Origin: Takakia lepidozioides
Taxonomy: Eukaryota; Plantae; Bryophyta
Length of the DNA: 64,000 bases
Reading direction: 5' to 3'
NCBI GenBank assembly: GCA_030704615.1
Contig: CM060731.1
Location: forward strand, 45,570,001 to 45,634,000
Shown here piece after piece: positions 1 through 12,300 of the stretch. Made by a program: the position numbers and the translations under genes. Below the pieces are notes generated by a model, which made no database searches, had not been told where the DNA came from, and saw only the letters and a list, made by a program, of their open reading frames with translations. Position 1 is the first letter of the stretch. The number at the start of each line of letters is the position of its first letter.

Positions 1-3000
1 GCTCCATTGTCCCTTCTGTAGTGAAATTATCAAGGACAAAGTGCAGCTAAACCGCCATTGTGTTGACACGGGTTGCAAAAACAAGCGCTATATCCCACCT
101 GGCTTCAAGCCGTGGCCAGTTCAAAGTTCAATGAGGGTGGTGAATGCGGCCACCGCCAGACTCCGTGGCGCAAACCCAAAGGCCCGCACTTTGGCGGAGG
201 TGCGCGCACGGTATGGGGTGGGTTCGGATGTTTCAATGCAAGATGTGCATGACCTGACATCGCCATCGCTGTGGCTCCCAGAAAAAGGAAACTTAGTGAT
301 GGGGCCCAGAAGAAGAAAGAGAAAAGGCTGCAAGGTCTGCTCGGGAGGCGAGGGCGAAATCTCAACAGCAGACTCGTCCCCAAGGCAGTCGGGAAGTGTC
401 ACGGGCTGTGCCAGGGAGACGGTCTGCGCAGCAGACGCAGACCATCAGTACTTCGAGTGAGAGCCAGTCTGCTGAGCCGTCTGCAGACATCATTCGGAAT
501 GATGAATTCACAGGTCTGGGAGGTGTCTCATCTCCCGTCGACATTGTCTTGCCTGACCAATCAAGGGTTCACGTGGACGAAGTCCAGTCGAAAGAGACTA
601 CCAGTGGAGTCTGTCCTGGAACATTGCGCCTCATACCATTTGGGCTTCTCCCATCGGTGTGCGGTGATTCATTTTTTTTCGCCCAGTCCGGACAGCTCAG
701 CAGAACCATCCGAGCAGCGGAGGAAAATTGGTTGAGCTCCCTTGAAGATGAGGAGGACGTCTGTGTCGACGACGTTGATGAGGTAATGCCCAGTCTGTCC
801 CCACAATTGGTGTCTGTTGTCATAGAGTCTGCTGGTTCAGTCTACCTGCTCAGTCTGCTGCGTCAGTCTGCTTGTGGACTTGTTGGTCAGTCCCATGCTT
901 GTGGACTTGCTGGTCAGTCCCCTACTTGTGGACTTGCTCGTCAGTCCCTGGAGTCCGCTGGTTCCTTTGTTCTGTGCCACGATGCTGGTGAGTCTGCTGG
1001 TGAGTCTGCTAGTGAGTCCGATGCTGAGTTTTTGGGTTTTCTGTCATATACCAAGATGAACGAGCCAGTATTCGGGAGGCCTTGTGTGCTTGGCGGACGG
1101 TGAGCTCCGACCCTCATTTAGCAGTGAATGCGGTGCGCCGGGAAGTGGAGCGGGTGCGGGAGTACATCTTGTTTAAGTACCCTGGCTCAGCAGACGCCAT
1201 AGCAGCACTGGACTCTGCAGACAAAGCACTCGCCAACTCCCCGGTCAACACCATACTCACTGCAGACTCGGTGGACACAGACCTCACCCGATCTGGCATC
1301 CAGCAGACTCTTGCCCAATAGACTCTTTCCCACCAGACTCACAGTCAGCGCAGTCTTGTCCAGCACACTCCCATGTACCAGACTCTCGTCCAGCATACTC
1401 CCATCCAGCAGACTACTTTGCAGACTCCCAGCCCGCAGACTGCTATTCAGGAGACTCCCAACTAGCAGACTGCCACCCAGAAGACGCCCATCCACCACAC
1501 TACTGTCCAGCGGACTCCCAGCTAGCAGACTCTCATTGTCACGACCACCACGGGACTTTTTGGAGTTTGGCGCTCGCCATTGCCGCTCATTGATCCCGAA
1601 GTTGTGGACCTGACACTTGCCCGTCTGAGGGTGGGGGAAGTCAATGCCAATGTGGATTGGTATAATGAGCTCCATCGCATTGTCACGGACGGCCAGTGGC
1701 CTTTTGTTCCCTTTCATTATTCCATGGAATTTTACAGAAGCGAATGAAGTCCTCGAAAGCGCACATTATGTGGCCCTGGCAGCCACGAAGGTCCAAAATG
1801 CCCCGCCACTGCTTGTCCAATTAATCCTCATGGATGACCCACGGCCTCAGGAACTCAGACATATGCCCATGGCACATCCACCTTTGGGGTGCGGGGAAAG
1901 CACTTGCTTGGAATTACTGAAGAGTACTTTGATCGCATTGCTAATTCTTTCCTTCACCATCGATGGATGCAGTTCGGCAATTTCCGTTCATACAGTAAAT
2001 TGGTAAAGGACCTGCAAAGTTTGAGGAAGTATTTGTTTCATTCAGATTCGGATGCGGGTAAGAAGAGTGTTGTGGATGAGGCGATGCAATGGTTTGCTGC
2101 GGTAATGGAGCGAGCAGTGTTCGATATTGTGTTGAACAGACCAGATGTGTTCAAAGTCCTATGGTGCGGCTCCCCATTTGAAAACCGCATGCCAGCGATT
2201 CGCCATCTCGATGGAGCATGCTTGGGACGCCAAATCCAAGATATTGGTCTCATTGGCAACCTCCTAGAAGGTAATGTCGACTTCTTCTGGACCGTTGTGA
2301 AGTTCATGGTCTTTTCTTCCACCATCCTGTCAGACTCACTTTGTCCAACTCATCTGTTTCAAGAATGTCCGATTTAGACGAGCACGTGCAGTGTGCTTTC
2401 GATTCCCTTGCCAGAGGTGCACGAGATGTTGTGCTAGCGTTACAGGGACTCCATGACACCGTTCAGCAGACTGCTGACGACGCCATTGCTCAGCAGACTG
2501 ACCCACTGCAACAAAAAGAGCATGGACAAACTGTCAACACTATCCCAGCCACTGTTCAGGAGAGTGGGCGCACTACATGCCACACCGAGGACGAGGAGAC
2601 TCATGAGCAGACCGGCGAGCAGACTGAAGGACTGCCTCTGCACCAGACCGTGCAGCATACCGATGACGTTGCTGTCAAGCAGACCGTCCACCATACCAAT
2701 GAGTAGACCGGGCTGCAGACGGATGACCTGGCTGTGCACCAGTAGACTGTGCAGCATACCATTGAGCAGACCGTCCAGCAGACTGAAAGCAATCACCACA
2801 ATGACAGTGCCATGCAGACTGTCCAGCAGATTCACGACCACACTGACTTGGAGGACCCAACTACACTTCCTGTCCACCAGTCTGGATCCTGGCTCGTTGA
2901 ACAGAGTCGGCACTGCACTGGCCTCAACGGGACCCTGTCTCTGAATTTGTGGGGAGTTATCGTGCATTGATGGAGTCTTCTTTTCCTGCCCGGCCATCTT

Positions 3001-3309
3001 CACATATTGGCGCATCGTTTGAGGATATAAGCCGGGCACCGGTAAACCATTCTTCTCCAGTGACCCATGGCCTGCCAACTATTTCCATTCAGCTCAGCCC
3101 GGTTTTGGTTCGTTCACTTGCGAAAGCTATAGATGATTGTTACGTGATTGATCGCAATATGGGAACTCAACCCCGTATCATTGACCTTACTGAAGAACTA
3201 GACGATGTAGTTGCCGCGGATAATTTAGATGTCGGCGGTAGTCAAGCTTTTTCTGCATCAGACCCTGAAGACACAATTGACTTGCAAGTTGATAGATTGA
3301 TCCCCTCCC

Positions 3310-3700
3310 TGCAAGAGCAGACTGACCACGAAAGTGACCACCAGGCTAAACAGCAGACTGACCAGAGCAAAAAGCAGACTGAGCACCAGACTGACCAGAC
3401 TGAGGACAATGAGCAGCAGACTGACGCTGAACATGGTCCTCTGAAGGAAGGCCAACATATCATTCGCCCCGCCCACGAGAGTGTCCACCAGACTTGACAG
3501 CAGACTGACCAGAGCGGCGAGCAGACTGAGCACCAGACTGGCCAGAATGAGGACACTTAGCAGCAGACCGATGCCGAACATGGACAGACTAAGGGCCAAC
3601 ATATCGTTCCCCCCGCACACGAGAGTGTTCACCAGACTTGACAACAGACTGACCATAGCGGCGAGCAGACTGAGCACCAGGCTAACCGCTCTGAGCAGCA
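3310..3700 (+). repeat. Imperfect ~135-140-bp tandem repeat built from CAGCAGACTGAC motifs
   Basis: Blocks such as 'cagactgaccagagc..gcagactgagcaccagactg' and 'aaggccaacatatc..ttc..cccgc..cacgagagtgt.caccagacttgaca.cagactgacca' recur at ~3354, ~3501 and ~3645. Confidence 0.8.
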
Positions 3701-4889
3701 CAGATAGATTGACGTTCAAGCAGGGGAGCAGTTTGCCCAGTCGCTTCCTTCCAATGACGCCGTACAGGTTGTGCCCTGCCGTCTTCCACCTCTGTGATTT
3801 CAGATTTATGTTCAATTTCTGTGTATTGACAGGATCTGTTGTACCTACAGGACTTGAGGACACCGTTTCCCTCCCAGGCAATTCCACAACCCACTGTTGC
3901 TCACGTTGGCTCCACAACCAGAAAAGGTGGCTTACTTACAACGCCAATAGATGCACGGATTAGTTCAACGCATGCGACCCGTGAGGCTGCCAATAAAGGT
4001 CCTGCAAGCGTGAACAAACCTGCAGACACAGTCGTCTTGCGAAGCATGACCGCATCACTTCGTCAGTCTGCTGAATCGAACCCGACCACAGTAGTCGCCG
4101 AATCCCTGGGCACAAGTAGAGCAAAGAAGCGGACTGTCGTGGAGCAGACTCAGGAAATTCGGGAGGGTCCGTTGCCAAGAAACCTGCTAAGAAAGGCAAG
4201 TCCGCTGTCTTCATGAACAAGGACCGCAAAATGACATTGGATACGGACAAGGAAGTGGTTCTTCAGCGAGAAATGCACCAGTGAGTAGTCCTCCCAGTCT
4301 GCTGAGTCTGGTCACTCCAGTCTGCTCAGAAGTGTGAGTTTGCTCAGTCCGCTCGGTCTGGTGAGTCTGGCAAGTCTGCTCAGTCCACTCGGTATGGGCA
4401 GTCTGTTGAATGGAGTCAGTCCGCTCAGACCGTTGCGTACATGGGTTTTCACACAAGGCCGTGGTCTGTGTGCAGGTTGGGTTCTCATTTTGCCGCGGCC
4501 TTGCGACGGAATGTCGCGGCCGGCAATTGCATGGTTCACTTTTATGAAGGTGACCCCCGGTATGAGTGCTCCATCGGGCCTCTGGACTTGAAGCCACTTG
4601 AGAAGGTGGAGTCGGAGTGCACAGATAGAATGCTGGAGATGTGGTGTCGTTTCTATGAGAAGACGGTTGAAGACAAGTACTCAAGTATTGTTGCTCTTCT
4701 GCCAGCCTCAACGTGTTCTCGTATGATGACACATTGGGACGGGCCACGAGAAAGGCTAGTGGAGTATCTGCATTCTTGCTGGAGAGTCCCTCGGCTCGGC
4801 AAAGACATAAAAGACTGCCATCATATAATCGTTCCGATTGTGGAGGAGTAAGATCTCGCATACCCAGTCTGTTTTGTCTTTTGAATGAG

Positions 4890-5060
4890 GCCAGTCTGCT
4901 CGGTCTGCCCACTCAGCCCTGAGTCTGCTCAATCTGCCGAGTCTGCTGAGTCTGCTCATTATGCCGAGTCTGCTGAGTCTGCTCATTATGCCAAGTCTGC
5001 TGGGTGAGGAGTCTTCTGAGTCTGCTGAGTCGTGACTCTGCCGAGTCGGCTGAGTGTAGT
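4890..5060 (+). repeat. 30-bp tandem repeat (tgccgagtctgctgagtctgctcattat-type) inside the Ulp1 gene intron
   Basis: Directly visible repeats of gagtctgct units between donor 4848 and acceptor 5163. Confidence 0.85.
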
Positions 5061-6179
5061 GGGACCCGTGCAGTGAGAGAGTCTGTAGAGTCTGCTGGAG
5101 AGGCAATTGGAGTGGTCTGCTGAGTGGACTGCTGCCGTGAGACTCATGAGATTCGTCTTGCAGGGCGCACTAGAGTGTTGTTGTCATCGACGTGCGGAAA
5201 GGCTGCTACACTCACATGAACTCCATCGAATCTTTGCATGGTTGCCCCATATGTTTTGTCATGGATACGGAAGCTGCATGCGGAGTGGTTAGGCTACAGT
5301 GTTGATTCACCGGGTTGGGAGGAGGTTAGGGCATTTCAGTTCAACCAGCCTGAAGTGCCCCAACAGCCATTCAGCTGGGAATGCGGGTTTTACGTCATGT
5401 CCTTCATCCAAGGATATAATGAATGGCTACAAACTGGGCATACTCGAACCTCTTCTAAAAGGGCAGAGAAATGAGTACCTTTCACGAAACACTGGTTTAC
5501 GTTCAAGTTTGCACTTGGCCAACGGATGCAGTGTCTTAAGTACATCTTGACTGGTTTGAGTGCTGCTGAGAAAGCAATATCCTCATAGATATCCATCTGG
5601 GTCGGAGATTAGAGGTGCACCATAGGACGCATTTGTCATGTAAGCATGCTTTTGAGCATTTGCAACGAAATAAAATATGACTTTGTATACACATCCTATT
5701 GGTCGCATATGAGTACAGTGTGGAGTAGTCGCTGTAGATTTGTGACCAATTCACTGCATGTTGTTAAGCGGACTTACCTCTGCACACACAATCATTTTGT
5801 TTAACATACCAAGGGAGTCCACTGGTCATCAAACAGCCGAGAGTCAGCAGACTGCCAGAGTACGGGAAGAGGGTATGCATAGGCTTGTGAGCAGACAGAT
5901 GGCAATGTCGCCAGACTAACGAGAGTCCGACAGACTGGCAGATGTGATTGGGAACCATGAGTCTGCACTGGTGAGCAGACTGTCGAGAGTCACCGGAGTG
6001 GTATAGTACAGGCGGATGGCATTGGCCAGTAGACTGCCAAGTCTGGTCAGCAGAGTAATGAGAGTCCACCGTGCTGAGAATGGCTAGTCTGATGGGCAGA
6101 CCGCATGAGGCTCACTGGTCAGCCAGGTGCAGGCACGTTCAGAACCGAGAGACTGGTCTGCTCAGGAGAAGGCTGGCAC

Positions 6180-6350
6180 AGCAGACTATTTGAAGACTGA
6201 GTCCCAGCCTGGTACAGCAGACTGGTTCAGATACCAGAAGAGTGGTTGAGCAGACTAGTTCAGACACCAGAAGACTGGTTGAGCAGACTGGATCAGACAG
6301 TAGAAGACTGATTGAGCAGACTGGTTCAGACGACATAAGACTGGTTTACC
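6180..6350 (+). repeat. ~33-bp tandem repeat (gagcagactggttcagacaccagaagactggtt-type)
   Basis: About four imperfect copies are visible between the convergent 3' ends of the Ulp1 and transposase genes. Confidence 0.85.
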
Positions 6351-6621
6351 AGGCTGGTTGGCAGGCAGGTTGGACATCTGGTGCACATGCAATTGTACCG
6401 CCGAAATTTTATTTCATGGGGAGAATGATACTGTACCATTTCTTACATTTCCTACTCTACTTTAAACTCCCATGTACACATTCAGTCTGCAAGGAAATGA
6501 ACCCTGATCTGACAAATCTCAACAGGGAGGAAACCATGGTCATGATGTGAGGGCAAAACTTTCAGAGTCATACAACACCCAGGTAGTGACATTGAGGACA
6601 GACAATCCACACGGCATCAAT

Positions 6622-7900
6622 TCAGTCTGCCCGTTTGCATTTGATCATCATCAAGCCATGCTCGTCTAGTATACGGTCTGCGACTCTCCGGATTGTGGAG
6701 TATATGTGTGCTGCAGGTGTTGGGGCACCAACCCTCTTCCCTGTTTTGCGTAAGACCCTGGGTCGCGTTTTCCATGCCTCAACGAAATCCCGGTTCATTT
6801 TCAGCGACATATTGTTGTTGTCATTTACAGGACGGAAGCTCTTTGCTGCCGCAGGGTGCAACATTCCTGCAGCACTCTTGGCGAGAATATCAACAAGCTG
6901 CCCCCTACAGATACGAAGAGAAGACAACACATGTTTCTGCAAGTATTTGTCGTCCCCAACAATGCGAAGTAAGTCTGCAAATTCTTCATCCATGGAGGAT
7001 GATACGAGGACAGGGCATCATATGGGAAGTCATCTGTGGAAGGGCCCTCTGTTGCATTTCCCAAACCCTCTTCGTCGCCGACACCTGCATGAACCCTAAA
7101 CACATTATGCAATCCTCAATGAATGGTTCCCAGCGCCGTGCCACAAGCGCGCACTATGAGTCCATCCTGCACGTGTGGATGAAGCAACTTCAGGACTCGG
7201 ACTTGATGCTTGCACAAATTGCCCTTCATTGCCCATGGGCAAGTGCAAGAAGCCCATTCGCATCCGGGGTTGTAAACAATGTAAATTGTGTTTGGGTGAT
7301 TGGTGCTTAGAACATAGGCTGGTTGCCCAGGATGGAACAGAAGAGTGACATTGCAAGCTGGGATATCGCGTGCCGCAAGCACAGAACTGGACATGTACTT
7401 CTCCTGTTTGTCATTCCTTATGAATCCGTGCGTCTTCAGGTGAATTGCATACCAGTAGTGTGTTAGCACACGGCCTGTGAGTTCCCATATGAGCCAATCC
7501 ACTCTACGCCCAATCATTTTGCCTTTCCCCATCCTCAGTCTTGCCTTCAAGTTTCCATGGTATGCCTCAATGCTAGCATTGGTGTCTTGACTGGCATGCG
7601 GAACATGGCGAGCTGCTGTACACACACATTGCTATTTTAGGACACCATTCCTTATCGATGTAGTCCAGAAATTCATGCCCATTCGGATATTTCTTTCTCA
7701 TGCGTCGGAGCGTTGTTGCTACCCATGCAAGACCTTCTTTGGGATTGATTGGTCCACCTCTACAGTACATGAGGTCTCCCATATCTTTCAGCAAATTTGC
7801 GGCAGTGATAGGATCTTTGGTTTTTGCGCATGATTGCTTCACCCAAGCCCGCCGGACATGTCAAAGGCACAGGAAAATGAGCACTCCTTGAAAAACAGCC
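6622..7900 (-). pseudogene. MULE transposase, C-terminal half (CxxH, catalytic E, SWIM zinc finger)
   Basis: Acceptor tttgcAG at 7902-7901, then AVFQGVLIFLCL[TGA, expected W]HVRRAW; DTNASIEAYHGNLK; RRVDWLIWEL; SWIM CTCPWAMKGNLCKH. Stops and frameshifts are present. Confidence 0.85.
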
Positions 7901-8070
7901 CTGCAAAGTACACATGCCTACATGAGAGACTTCAAAGAGGACTTCGCCGGTGGACTTGGGCACTAACCCAGTAGACTGTCTAGTTGACTGGTCTGCCCGT
8001 CTATTCCAAACGGATTCAGGCAGCAGACTCGCCCACTCTGACCTGCCATGAGTGTTGCCCTCACGACACT

Positions 8071-8277
8071 GGACTCGCCTGCGAGCGGACTTGCTCGACC
8101 AGACTGAGGTCGCAGCAGACTCGCGCACATGTCTTGCAGCGGACTGCTTGCGAACACTCCCCTTCGGCGGACTCGCCTGCGAGCGGACTTGCTCGACGAG
8201 ACTGAGGTCGCAGCAGACTCTTGTACGTGTGTCTTGCAGCATACTGCTTGCGAACAGTCCCCTCCGGCGGACTCGCC
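8071..8277 (-). repeat. Two ~100-bp tandem units, reverse complement of the array at 12001-12300
   Basis: The reverse complement reads gtccgccggaggggactgttcgcaagcagt..gctgcaagacacacgt..aagagtctgctgcgacctcagtct.gtcgagcaagtccgctcgc. Confidence 0.9.
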
Positions 8278-9479
8278 CATCCATTCTGAGAAACCCATCC
8301 GCGCCATCCATGCCAGTCCGCTGTGCCAGTCCCGGCCAGTCCACCCAACAGTCTGCCCGCCAGTCCGCCGTCCATGAGTCCGCTTTCCTCCAGTCCACTG
8401 ATGATGCCGCATCTGGACCGTCCGTTCGCAAATGCCATCTGAGCCCTCCATTTTTAGGGCATGAATTCTAAGCCGCCTGCCACTTGCCAGCAGCCGCGAA
8501 CGTGCGCACTAATGCTTCTTGCACGTTGTCCATCGTGTCCAGTGTACTGCGGCGCGTTTCTTGCAGGTTCTGAAGCGTGTCCTCTGTACTGTACATGGCA
8601 TGGACGTGGAAGCAGAAGGTGATGATATACTAAAAACGGGATGCTGGATTATACAGCCTCTTCGACAAAGTTAAAGCCATTCGGTGTGAGACCATCCACT
8701 GGCTGTTTTCACAGCTTCATCAAGTTTGGGGGCCACGTGTTCTTTGGCAAACACCGCCACGTGGATCCTAAACGTACAAAGGGTGTGGACTTGTCCACAC
8801 CTACGGAAAATTGATGCGACACCCTGTCATCTGGGCTTGACGACATGTGAGCAATGGTATGGGCAACACGTGTATTTTGGAGAGGACGGCACGTGGCGTA
8901 ATCTGCATGGAGTGGGTGTGTAGTATTTTACTGCCTATACTGTAGGTCATTCCACATAGTTGTGGAGCATACCATAGTGGGTGTGAAATATTCTACTGCT
9001 GATGTTGTAGGTCATTCCACAAAAATGTGGAGGATGCCACAGGCAAGCTACGGTTGATTTCACATATTTGTGACATCATGGTGTGCACAATTAATCCACA
9101 GGCATCATGATCATATCACAAATCGTGATACTGTCCACACTGTCAGTTTCACAGTCCATGTGAAATATGACTCATATACAAACACAATTCCAAAGCACCA
9201 CGGCAACAACCTGTTCATGACATGTACAATTGACTAAGCATGGCCAGAACAACAGAAAGAATGACCAGATGCAAGGGTGCTTCAAAGTTGGGTACGCCCT
9301 TCATTGCCCAAATACAGTTTAGTCTGAACATGCAAGTATTGCAGAGTCTGCACTGCTGATCACAACCCAACAATGTACCCAAATCCTACATTGATGCGCA
9401 AAATCACGAAGAAAAGGTGAAATCGATATGAAGTGGCGTTCAATCAAAATTGCCTTCAAACTGAGGATTCCCCACAACC

Positions 9480-10310
9480 TCATGTTCGGGTCAGTTTGAG
9501 GAACTTGGCAGACCATAGGGCCGTGCTGTCTACAGTGTCACTGAGCATCACAACGGGAGGCCTAACATCATTGTTGGGGTATGGTAGAGCAACATCTGCC
9601 CCATGTACTGCTTCAACCGAGACAACATGATAATCGGCATGAACGACATAAGCTTGCCAGTCAGTCGACATGCCCAATATATGGCCCACGCCTGCCTTCC
9701 GTTTGGGTGCATTGGGGTCAAACATTGTGACCTTGTCACCAACCTGAAACTGGAACAGCCAACACCACCAATGTGTGCCCTTGTCATTTGTTATGCACAT
9801 GAAACAGTTATGGACAGGGAAAACGCGAGATGTCATCATATAGCCCTGCAAACAAAATACGGATGTACTTCCACGAAGGGAAACTTACAACAGGAGCCGG
9901 CGCTTTGAAGCTTCCCATACGGCTCCCATCAACGTTGCTGGCAGCAAGTCTTGCGGACTTCTTGGTCATCTTCACCGCAACAATTTCCTTTGGTGGCTTC
10001 TGAATCAATAGAAACCCACACATGTACACAGAATTCATGAACGGCCTGCAGGTATTGCATAATTGACTTGGAACAGCACAAGAATATAGGAACACGAGTA
10101 CTTACCTTCCGAACAATGGCCAATTTTGTTGTTGAATCAATGTTCTTCCCTGCCCCAACAATACCCACTCTTGTGCCCTTAGCCCCTACCCCTATGTCTT
10201 GGGCACTCTGTCTAAGTTCACTGCCGGTGTGATCCTCCACTACAGGCACTCCCTTCTCAATAAGGGGGGATAGGTCATCATTGGCACCATAATTAAGGCA
10301 AGGATCGTCA
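9480..10310 (-). pseudogene. 3' exons of a third MULE-borne gene of unknown function (transposon-associated domain-like C-terminus)
   Basis: Exon-like pieces: ...TTKLAIVRK|gtaagt (~10106); KPPKEIVAVKMTKKSARL... (~10005-9870); terminal exon VGDKVTMFDPNAPKRKAGVGHI...VVSVEAVHGADVALPYPNNDVRPPVVMLSDTVDSTALWSAKFLKLTRT*. No 5' end found. Confidence 0.5.
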
Positions 10311-10321
10311 CATGCCATGTT

Positions 10322-11718
10322 CTGAACTTTGTCCCCAAACCAGGACCCTTCAACACAAAGGACCAACAATGGAAGAGAGACACGCAATATGGTTATATGG
10401 GTGCCAGACAGAATGTTCTGAAGGCCTGCATACCGTGGGATAGAGTTGATGACTTTCTCCTTGGAGAGGAGAGTTTGGTGGACTACCCCACTCAGTTTTG
10501 GGTGAATGTCTATACTAAAGTGCAACCCGGCATGCTAAAAGAGCCGAGAGCCAGCAGTTCTCTGAACAGTATCATATGTGCTCCATCCTTATCGTCCTTT
10601 TGTAGTCTGATTGCATGTCCGTTGCCATTTTTTGTACCCACGTTCTGTGATTTCATGCTTCCAGAAGTTGATGGATATCCATTGTGATTTTTATGTCCAG
10701 GTATCAATGCTGCTACGGTCCAGATGACAAACGCACCAACAATGCGATAGTGGAGAATCCCAAACTGAAACGTGGAGGACCTCTTGTGGGTGCTGGAACA
10801 TCTCACCTTCATAAACAGGAGAAAGAAGTCGGAATATGGAGAGTCTTACAAGCGTGGTTGCCAGTGCTGTTTCAAGGTCCAGCAATGCTATCTCGCCCCC
10901 GACATTTGTGTCCTCACGTACTACAACAATATGGAGCATACAGACGCGAAAGGGAACGCCTATCATGGGAAGTCCGTTGAGTTCAGGAACACTCGCCACG
11001 CCTATGCACACACATTAGTGAGGAATTGAAAGCATGGGTCATGGAGTGTCTGTGCCGAGGCCTGTCAGTCGCCCAAATCATGATGGAACATAAAAGCACG
11101 TCATGAACAACACCGGGTTGAGGGATGCATGGACACGGGACGATTTTTTGCTGGAGCAGGATGTGCGCAACCTGGCCGAGAAACGGGCGTGACAAACGTT
11201 CAAAAAACATGCCAACGATGCGGAGAATGTCCGCATGTGGAAAGACCAGAACCCGAAATTGGTCTTCTTCTATCAAGAGGAGAAATTGGCGCCAACATTC
11301 AAGCACTACGATGACGACTTAACATTCACAATCGGCATACAGACTGAGTGGCAGAAGAAGCGAATGCTTCAATTAGGCCATGCCCGTATTGTTGCATGCG
11401 ATGCAACCTTCGGGACAAATCACCACAAGGTACTCTTCATCCCTTTCACAATTTATCCACTTGCAGAAGTAGTGGATGTACGCACACTAGCAGCAGCTAA
11501 CATTCTGCATTTGAACAGTTCCCATTATACACGTTGATGGTCTTCGACGAGTGGCTTAACGGTATACCAGTTGCGTACATCATATGCGCCCGTGAGCGGA
11601 CAACAGACCTGGTGCCGTGGATGGCAGCCTTGCGAGACTCTCTCCTCGCAGAAATGTCGGACTGGCGACCCAATGCCTTCATTGTGGATGATGCCGACGC
11701 CGAAATAAACGCCATTAT
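10322..11718 (+). pseudogene. MULE transposase, N-terminal half (plant SWIM-MULE type)
   Basis: IPWDRVDDFLLGEE; acceptor ~10700 then YQCCYGPDD; SYKRGCQCCFKV; FTIGIQTEWQ; first catalytic D in VACDATFGTN; intron 11430-11518; FPLYTLMVFDEWLNGIPVAY; second D in FIVDDADAEINAI; donor GTAAGT at 11719. Frameshifts are present. Confidence 0.85.
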
Positions 11719-12000
11719 GTAAGTTTCACGTACCCTCCTGTACACTCGCGTGCAAGTCCGTCGTCTACGTCCATTGTCTGTATCTTCGGCAAATCCCCTG
11801 CCATACAACGCAGTCCTGGTTGCAAGTCCGGCCCATTCATTTCTGCAAGTCTGCTGGCAAACCAGTCCGCTGATAATGTCCTCTAGCGAAGTCCGCTGGA
11901 AGACTCACTTGCGCAAGTATGTTGCAAGGTCAGTCTGCTCGGGTGTGCTGCCAGCAACGTCTGGGTAAATCTGCTGCCGGTCTCCTAAGGGCAAGTCCGC

Positions 12001-12300
12001 GGCAGGCCAGTCCGCCGGAGGGACTGTTCGCAAGCAGTCCGCTGCAAGACTCACGTGCGCGAGTCTGCTGCGACCTCAGTTTAGTCTAGCAAATCCGCTG
12101 GCGGGCAGGTCCGCCGGAGGGGACTGTTCGCAAGCAGTCCGCTGCAAGACTCACGTGCGCGAGTCTGCTGCGACCTCAGTCTGGTCGAGCAAGTCCGCTC
12201 GCCGGCGAGTCCGCCGGAGGGGACTGTTCGCAAGCAGTCCGCTGCAAGACACACGTGCAAGAATCTGCTGCGACCTCAGTCTGGTCGAGCAAGTCCGCTT
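12001..12300 (+). repeat. Three tandem units with an exact 100-bp period
   Basis: ggactgttcg recurs at 12021, 12121 and 12221; the units are nearly identical. Confidence 0.95.

Larger units (their letters stand above)
1..5588 (+). pseudogene. Multi-exon MULE accessory gene with C-terminal Ulp1-like (peptidase C48) domain, disrupted
   Basis: Exon ~4476-4847 ends DCHHIIVPIVE. GT at 4848 and AG at 5162-5163 join in phase to E-A-H-[TAG 5171, expected W]-SVVVID. After a frameshift, VPQQPFSWECGFYVMSFI (ORF 5238-5474) supplies the Q and C catalytic motifs. Upstream ORF pieces (41-460, 396-1103, 1082-1321, 1889-2377, 2341-2706, 2949-3497, 3839-4216) are broken by stops; their assignment to this same gene is inferred. 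Confidence 0.75.

Noticed and set aside
1187-3963. Leu/Ser/Arg-rich ORFs on alternative frames and strands
   Set aside because: Translations of the CAGCAGACT repeat arrays, not credible proteins.
8730-8900. Cluster of CACGTG (G-box) sites
   Set aside because: Inside a transposon with no linked gene start; cannot be distinguished from element-internal sequence.
12001-12300. Regular 100-bp array as a CRISPR-like array
   Set aside because: Whole units repeat with no unique spacers; eukaryotic intron context; no cas genes.
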